Source of the DNA: the human T2T-CHM13v2.0 reference genome, Homo sapiens
NCBI RefSeq assembly: GCF_009914755.1
Contig: NC_060942.1
Length of the DNA stretch: 64,000 nt
Strand: one strand, 5' to 3'
Made by a program: the position numbers and the translations under genes. The notes under the pieces were generated by a model. The model was not told where the DNA came from. It did not search any database and was given only the letters and a program-made list of their open reading frames with translations. Shown in pieces: positions 56,027-64,000 of the stretch. Within the stretch, counting starts at the first letter, position 1. Each line of letters begins with the position of its first letter.

Positions 56027-58619
56027 GTCCTTTAGAGACGTATTTATATTCTCTTCTTGGAACTCACGGGCAACAGATATAAGCACCAGAAACTCTCCTC
56101 TATAAGAAAAACATATTTAAAAATTGAATACCGTGATACAGTGATATTTTCAAAGCTGTAAAAAGTTGTACCATCAACTGTAGTACACTCCACTTAGTGG
56201 CTGCTAAGTAAACAATTCTGAATCTTAAGGCTGGATTCAATATAAAAACTTTCAAAATGTAGTTAGATGATGTTCTTAAAATTATTAAATAAAATCATTG
56301 ATCTAAAATTTAAGCACCTGTTTACAAAAAGAAAGAAAAAAATTTCAGGCAGTAACTTTCTTAAGTTTACCAAGGGTTGAGGCATGGCAAACTGTCTCAT
56401 TTAAGATTCTTCTCTTGTCATACTGCTAGAAAATTGGATCTAAATTCATTCACCACAGGCAAAGGTAATGTTTACAACCTAAAATTATATTTGGACACAT
56501 AAGAGATGTAATTTTGCCTTTTTAAAAAGTAGATAAAAATAAGAATCTGTGGAGAAATGAGAGAATCAGAAGGAATGTCTGTATAAATCACATGAATGAT
56601 CTGAACCATAAAAGCACTTTATAAAATATCAGTCTTTTGCTTTACAGTCTCATCATAAAAAAAGAGTATATTCAACTAATTTTTGCCCCTTCTATACTAC
56701 TTACATCCATATTATTTTTTAACCTAAAACTTACACTAGGTGGAGCCCCTTGTCCAAGATTGGGAGAGATTTAAAAAAGCAAAGGGAAGAAAAAAACATT
56801 ACAATTACAATCAAAACCAAAAAAGGCACTCATCCTTTCGTTTTAAAAATATATCCTTAAAATCTACAGTACCAACAAAACCAATGTTCTTTCTAATCAT
56901 TAAAACCATTAAAATGAATACAGAGTACCATTAACATTTACTACAGAGAAGAAGTAGTTACCAAGCTGCCGCTGCAGAGTCAAGAGCTAGAAGGCCCTGA
57001 ATTCCAATGCAAACATTAAATTTCAGTTGGGGCGGAGGTGTAAAAGGCATGGAAGATAAAATCTTCTCTGGATACTTCTAAAAATGTTTTAACCGTGTTA
57101 ATGCTCTCATGCTGTAAAGGGCACATAGTACTCAGCTAATTCATGGCATTCCAGTTAGAGATACATTGTTGTCAAACAACAACAACAGCTCTTAAAAAAC
57201 ACCAGAGCACTAACAAATGGCAAAATATCCAAAATACATGGATATTTTGCTCTTTGCTTTCCATGATTCAGATATATAGGAATATGCAGGCATTTGAAGA
57301 CGTTGGGAGGGGGAAGGGCTTCTGAACTGAACAAATCACATGTTCAATTATGGTTAAGCAGGACCTGCAGTTAAAAATAGGCTCTAAGTCTTGAGACTCT
57401 TAATGGACTGTAACTAGAGAAGGAGATAAGGCTTCAGAGATAACACCATCAAACTTAGGTGATCAGTCATTGCTGTAGGATAAAACCACCCCTACCTCCC
57501 TCCAATGCTGCTAAGTTGCCTCCCCCTGTGCTATCCCAGGGCTGGCTTTGCAACCCAACCTGCTGGAAATGCAAAGTTCAGACCAGCAGCAAGAACTCTT
57601 GCCCCATGCTTCTGCTGACATAGCCTGCAGGGATCTGTCAGTTCACTGTGTAATAAAACCTTGTAGTGTGTGTTGTTGTTTTTTTCCTTCAGATTTCCAC
57701 AAAATCTTGGGCCAGGCAAGACAAAGTTCTGCTGACAGCTGAATTACGCAGCAGAGTAACCTTTGAACAAGTACGAATCATTGACCTCACATAAATTTCC
57801 CCCAGAAAGTCCAAGAAACTGGTTGTATCAGGGGTGAGATAAGCATGAAGGCAGTTAGAACTATCCCAGAAATCCAGTTCCATTCTTAAGTAGGTATTTA
57901 CGTCTGTTACACTAAAATGATTATGAAAAACAAATTTTCTTTGATGTTTTCCTCATCCTTTCCATATGCAAGCTGAATGTTTTTCCTTTGCAAACTAATT
58001 ACTAAATTAAACTGTAACTCCATTATCATAAATGATTTATAAAAGCAAAACTAACAGGGATAAAGAAGAATAGCACTTCGGAGTGGTTGATTTTCTTTGA
58101 TGACGGAGGTGATTTTTTGAAAAGAAATGAAGCTAGTATAGAGGACCTGTGGCTTCAGGTTCTCCAGCCATTTATTGCCTAAAATAAAGATCGGACAAAT
58201 TAAACAAATTATGTTAAGTAGGATTTTTCAATGCCTGTCCGCAGCTTTCATGTAAAATTGGTCCTTAAACTCTGTATATTTTCATACCAAGTTCTCATTT
58301 TGATGGTAAAGAAGTTTGACCTTCTGCTACAATAACATCAAGTGTTTCAATTAGTTTTTCACATGGGGTGTGGGGGAACTAGCAGCATGTCCTGTAGTAT
58401 ACACACTAACTCATTTTCCCCTAAATGCTGCACGTTTTCCATCCCTCCTGCCAGTATTAATCATAGCAAAGCTTATATACAAATTGTTTCCCTAAAAGAT
58501 GAAGCTGAGCACCTTGTGCCTACTTGTGGCACAATACCAGGAAGGTGATGCTAATCCACTTGGAAGGATCAATAGGGACTCCACAGATTTACAGTCCTTC
58601 TGTCTTCTGCTCTCTCTCA

Positions 58620-58910
58620 CTCATTGATTGATTGACTGAGACAGGTCTCATTCTGTTGCCCAGGCTGGTATGCATCATAGCTCACCGTAGCCTCAAACTC
58701 CTGGGCTCAAGCGATCTTCCCATCTCAGCCTCCTGAGTAGCTGGGACTACAGGCATGTGCCACCATGCCCGTCTAACTTTTTCTTTCCCCTGTAAAGACG
58801 AGGTTTCACTTTGTTGCCTAGGCAGGTCTTGACCTCATGGCCTCAAGCAATCCTCCTGCCTCAGCCTCTCAAAGTGCTGGGATTACAGGCATGAACCACT
58901 GCACCTCACC
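58620..58910 (-). mobile_element. AluJ, antisense
   Basis: gcctcaaactcctgggctcaagcgatc. Confidence 0.9.
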
Positions 58911-59767
58911 TCACCTCCTCCCTTGATACCTAGGGTGACAAGTCCAGAAGAAGAGGATAGGTAACCGATGTTTAAAGATTTTTAAATATAGGACTTTAGG
59001 ACTGACAGGAAAATGGTTGATAAGGAAAGCTACAGACTAAAATAGATTTTAGAATAAATTTCTCTAGCTAATAATCTCATTCTCTATATGCCAGGGAAGA
59101 AAGAACTTCATGAATCAATTGTTTTTCATTTTGCTGACACTCAGTATTGGTCCTGAGAACAATTTCTTTCTAAGCAAAGTAATGTTTAACTACTTCCCTA
59201 TCATCAACACTGCCTCATAAGCATAATTTAGAACCTTGCTGTTGTAATTCAGTATGCTTCAATTTTTTTTCCTTTTCATTAATACTTTGAAAGGGAGACT
59301 TAATGTCTTATTCATCAGGACTGTTATCATCTGAGCAATAATTAAAGATAAGGTAGAAAAAACAAAGGACGTGCATATACATAGGAGTCATTAAAAGGAA
59401 GGGAAGCCTCTCTAAGTGAGAGGAAAATGAACAAAGTCACTTTCTTTTGGACTGGGTGGAAATGAGCTAAGGCCCACCTCCAACCCAAATCATGGGAGGT
59501 TCTTAGAGGACAATGTCAGAAGGCAAGACTTGGACAAGGCTGCAGGCTCAGCCCTGGAACGGAAGCATGTTCCCGTGTTTTGGAACCTTGCTCAGCTACA
59601 GGAACCAACCTGCAAGTCTTGACGGTCATTGTACTTTTAGAGTCTGGGAGTGGAATAAAGAGGAAGAGTGATAATTCTGATTTTGGGCAATTACGGGTTT
59701 TGCCAGGAGTGCCTCTCCTTTCAATGGATATAAGTCAGCAACTGCAGGAGCTATAAAATTTGAAGAA

Positions 59768-60052
59768 GGCTGGGCATGGTGGCTCACGCCTAATCTCAGC
59801 ACTTTGGGAGGCCAAGGCAGGAGGATCACTAGACCCTAGGAGTTTGAGACCAGCCTGGGCAACATAGTAAGACCCTATATCTATAAAAAGGAAAAAATAG
59901 CCTGGCATGGTGGTATGTGCTTATAGTCCTAGCTACTTGGGAGACTGAGGTGGGAGGCTGAGGCTGCAGTGAACTATGATCAATCACGCCACTGCACTCC
60001 AGCCTGGGTAACAAAGTGAGGCCTTGTCTCAAAATTAAAAATTAAAAAAAAA
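59768..60052 (+). mobile_element. AluJ with a small right-arm deletion
   Basis: ggctgggcatggtggctcacgcc...gaggctgcagtgaactatgat, A tail. Confidence 0.9.
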
Positions 60053-60170
60053 GTTGAATGAGATATTATTTGGGTAAGAAAAGTAAAAGTTAACATTTCC
60101 TGGAAGGGTCAAACTCAAATCTCTGGAAGTTCAAAGCTTAGCTCATTTGATATCTCCTTCCAGAAGTGTC

Positions 60171-60262
60171 CACACACACACACACGTGCACACACAAACA
60201 CACAGACATACACATATACATACATGCATACACATGCCCACACATACACATAAATACACATG
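60171..60262. repeat. (CA)n/(CATA)n compound microsatellite
   Basis: Direct reading. Confidence 0.9.
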
Positions 60263-60618
60263 TAACTTCCACTCAGCCAAGTTTGATGTAATGCATCTTT
60301 TCTAGTATACTCTGCTTGTAATAGTATTAGAATCATTCTTTCATTCTGCTTTGTATTATGATCAATAGTTTAAATGTCCTTACCCACCAATGGCTTGAAA
60401 TCTCCTTGGTATTTGACTTACTCTTTTTTTTTTAATGATCCCATAGCAGCAACAGTGGTGCTGTCCCCTTTTTGGGCACTCAGTAAATGTTTACAGAATA
60501 AGTAGCAGAAATTTAAATATTTGCCATTTGCTGCTTTTAGAGTTGGAAGCCTTCACTAAAATTTCAGGGGTCTTTAAAAGTCATACCTTTTTATTCAGAG
60601 AGAAATCCATTTTATTAA

Positions 60619-60923
<305 letters not shown>

Positions 60924-61053
60924 TAAAAACCATTTCTATTAATAAAGCAGATTGAAACAGCCCATGTTTCATTTCCTCTCCTTATCCCCTAATTTCCCAA
61001 AGCCACAGGCATTTTGCTTTTTTTCAGCTAATTTCACAAAAAAGTTACGCCCA

Positions 61054-61483
61054 TATGGTGGACACTATGATATACCTCCCAGATCCCCTTACAGGAATAA
61101 AGGATTTATAATCCTCTAGCTGCTAAAAGTGCTGCCAGCAGGTGGCCCTTAGCTGTCAACCATCTGTGGGGATTGCCTCTGCCGAAGACAACTGCTTACC
61201 TCAGGTCACACCTCCTCCTGGGGAGGGCCAACATCCAAAATGACTAGTCTCTGTGGGGGAAGAAATGCTCCAGCCCTCTTACTCTAATTAGAAACAACTT
61301 GGAAGTCATCCCCACTCCAGTACTCCCCAGGTAAGGTAGGTTGAGGCCTCTGCTGGGACTACAACCAGCCCAACTTCTCCCTCTGCCCAGCCCTGCTTTC
61401 TTCCTTAGTAATGAGCTCAATCAACACCTTGGCCACCCATGTTCATCTCACAGCCGACATCTTAAGAAACACAATCTATGACA
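61054..61483 (+). mobile_element. LTR16-family ERVL LTR
   Basis: tatggtggacac...cccagatcccctt...cagcccaacttctccctctgcccagccctgctttc...ctatgaca. Confidence 0.65.
61132..61150 (+). promoter_or_regulatory. Candidate CTCF site
   Basis: CTGCCAGCAGGTGGCCCTT closely matches the CTCF core CCA(C/G)CAGG(G/T)GGC. Confidence 0.5.
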
Positions 61484-61524
61484 GCCTACCAAATTTCAAG
61501 TGTTAGGTACACAGACATCACTAA

Positions 61525-61893
<369 letters not shown>

Positions 61894-63046
61894 TCTTTCT
61901 GATTTTAGAAAACAATGAAGGCAGGTAATACAAGTACATTCATCACTCCCATAATATGCGAAGTTGTGTGAGAAAGGCACACACCAGATGCTGTAAGAGT
62001 ACCAGGAGGGGTTCGGAGGCAGGAGGTTATCAGAATTGACTTCTTGTAGGAGCTGTGTGTAAAAGACAAGCTAGGTAAAGACGAAGTAAGGAGTTGGAGG
62101 CAGAAGGAGGAGGATGAAAAAAATCACAGATGCTTGAGGCTTCCAGGGACGCTAATGGCACACACACCAATGGGCATGTGGGGGTGACAAGCAGGGGATG
62201 AAAGTGACAGCAAAAGTGAAAATGACAGATGCATCCAGTAGGCAGTAATAGCATCAGGGAAAAACTTGCACTTCATCCTATGGAGCTTGGTTCTTGGCCA
62301 ATTTTTTTAAGATTGAGACATAAGGCCAATGACCTTTCCATGCAACATATACTTCCAGATTTTTCCAAATCCTCACCTCCACCAAAATAATTTGGGAAAA
62401 TAAAGCAAAGAGCAGCAACACAGACATTTTGGGAGGGCAGGTGGGTTATATCGATAACATCTTTACATGAGCATGTGAGTAATGACATCTATTAAACATG
62501 AAATCATCTGTTTCAGAAGAAAAATTATCAACACATAAAATTTTTTGAACATCTCATTCTATTTTGAAAAAAAGAATCATTCTTTTTGTTTAGGCCTCCC
62601 TTACATAGATAATATTAAAAGGCAAACAACAATGTATTATTGATGAGTATACATGTTACTTATTATTATTGAAATAAAGGAAATGTACAAACTTTAACCC
62701 TTTATTCGTATGACTTATCTTCTTGCACATTTTAATTTTAGTATCATTTTTCTATTTATTTGGTGGTCATAACTATTTGTCATAAGTAAGAATGTTCATA
62801 GCATCATTAATACAATATAAATATTTGAGCTTTCTTCATCTATCCTTGCCCTCCTTCTTATCTAGAAATTGTCCATTAGTAAAATTACTAGACAAAATTA
62901 ATAACTGGTAAAAATCATAACTCACAAGTACTACAGAAGCTCTTGAGAACCTCAGTTATTAGCTGTGTACCAGAAACCATTAGGAAATGGGATAAATAAG
63001 CAAGGCTGATGAATTTACACAGTCCCTAACACCTGCCCACCATGGC

Positions 63047-63051
<5 letters not shown>

Positions 63052-63097
<46 letters not shown>

Positions 63098-63118
63098 TCT
63101 CCGTCTCTCTCTCTCTCC
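63052..63118. repeat. (TC)n microsatellite
   Basis: About 30 CT units; polypyrimidine tract. Confidence 0.95.
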
Positions 63119-64000
63119 CTCAACCCCCTACAAAGAAATAATACAGGAAAAAAAGGGTGAATAACATTGCTATCATGGTAAACGTGAATCCAGTCTATTT
63201 TACTGAAAAATAATTTTTAAACTGTAGTACCAGATTTATTATTAGTAACACATTACTCGTGACACCCACATATGATCAACAGTCACCAGGTTGTTGAATA
63301 CTACCGTGGAGAGGAACTACTAGAAGCCATGTGAAGCCACTGGAATGTCGAAAGCAAGAGCGAGGCATGGTCAGAGTTATAGCTTGGACCTGTCTCTCTG
63401 GAGTCAGATAGAAGATGGGATAAAGATGTTTTGGGAGAAGTCTTTAGCAAGCTGTCACAAAACTCAGGAAAGATATGATGAGGATCTGCCCAGTGTCAGG
63501 CGATGGAAAACAGCCTCATTCTGGCTGAGCCCTTCCACGGCGAGGCTCTATGAGTGTCTACACTTGACAGTCGAGTTCCTTGAAAGAGGCAAGCAAGACG
63601 AGCTGACCAAGATAATTCTCTGCTTTTCATGTCCCTCTGCTTTTGAGAAAGGCCATATTACCCTGACTAATAAAGCAGGAATTACCTATTAGAGAAGGAC
63701 TCACAATTAGATTTTGAAGCCCCAACACTCAATAACAAGAGCTGAAAATCTAAATAAAATTTGCAGGTACAAGGGTTTGTCTGGATTTAGAAAAAAGTTA
63801 GATTCTACACAGTTTGACTTTTACTCCTAGGTTACCATCCGTTCCATTAAAATATGTTTATACCATCAGGTGCAAAGTTCTTCACTTATCTAGAGACAGA
63901 AATATCATATATTTCTTTAATATAATCCCCCCTGTTCCCCAACCTTGCCACCACGGAACTGTCAGTTTTGACTCATGAAAGAACTTTACGTAACTGCCAG

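Overview
This is primate (almost certainly human) non-coding genomic DNA, rich in repeats: about 17 Alus/monomers, L1PA/L1M, L2, MIR, MaLR/ERV LTRs and MER5/MER44/Charlie DNA transposons. It opens in a CpG-island promoter whose minus-strand exon ends ...GGGCTCCCTGCTGATCCCAG|GTAACT at 78. I recognise this from memory as the 5'UTR first exon of EPB41L3 (protein 4.1B/DAL-1, 18p11.31), so the window would be about 64 kb upstream of that promoter. There is no intact protein-coding gene, RNA gene or CRISPR array. The only ORF with real protein homology is a broken L1 ORF2 reverse-transcriptase fragment. The most interesting structure is at 33.2-34.7 kb: a 217-bp inverted duplication of apparently unique sequence (7 mismatches, no indels), whose second copy was inserted into a MIR with a 9-bp target duplication. 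Its loop encloses a candidate minus-strand TATA-driven exon with a short Cys-containing ORF that may add an in-frame N-terminal extension to 4.1B. Other notable items are three retroelements stacked at one target site (Alu+, Alu-, twin-primed L1), a sense-oriented MER11 solo LTR, candidate antisense spliced exons and two CTCF-like motifs. Repeat subfamily names and the gene identity come from recall of consensus sequences and need confirmation by RepeatMasker/BLAT.
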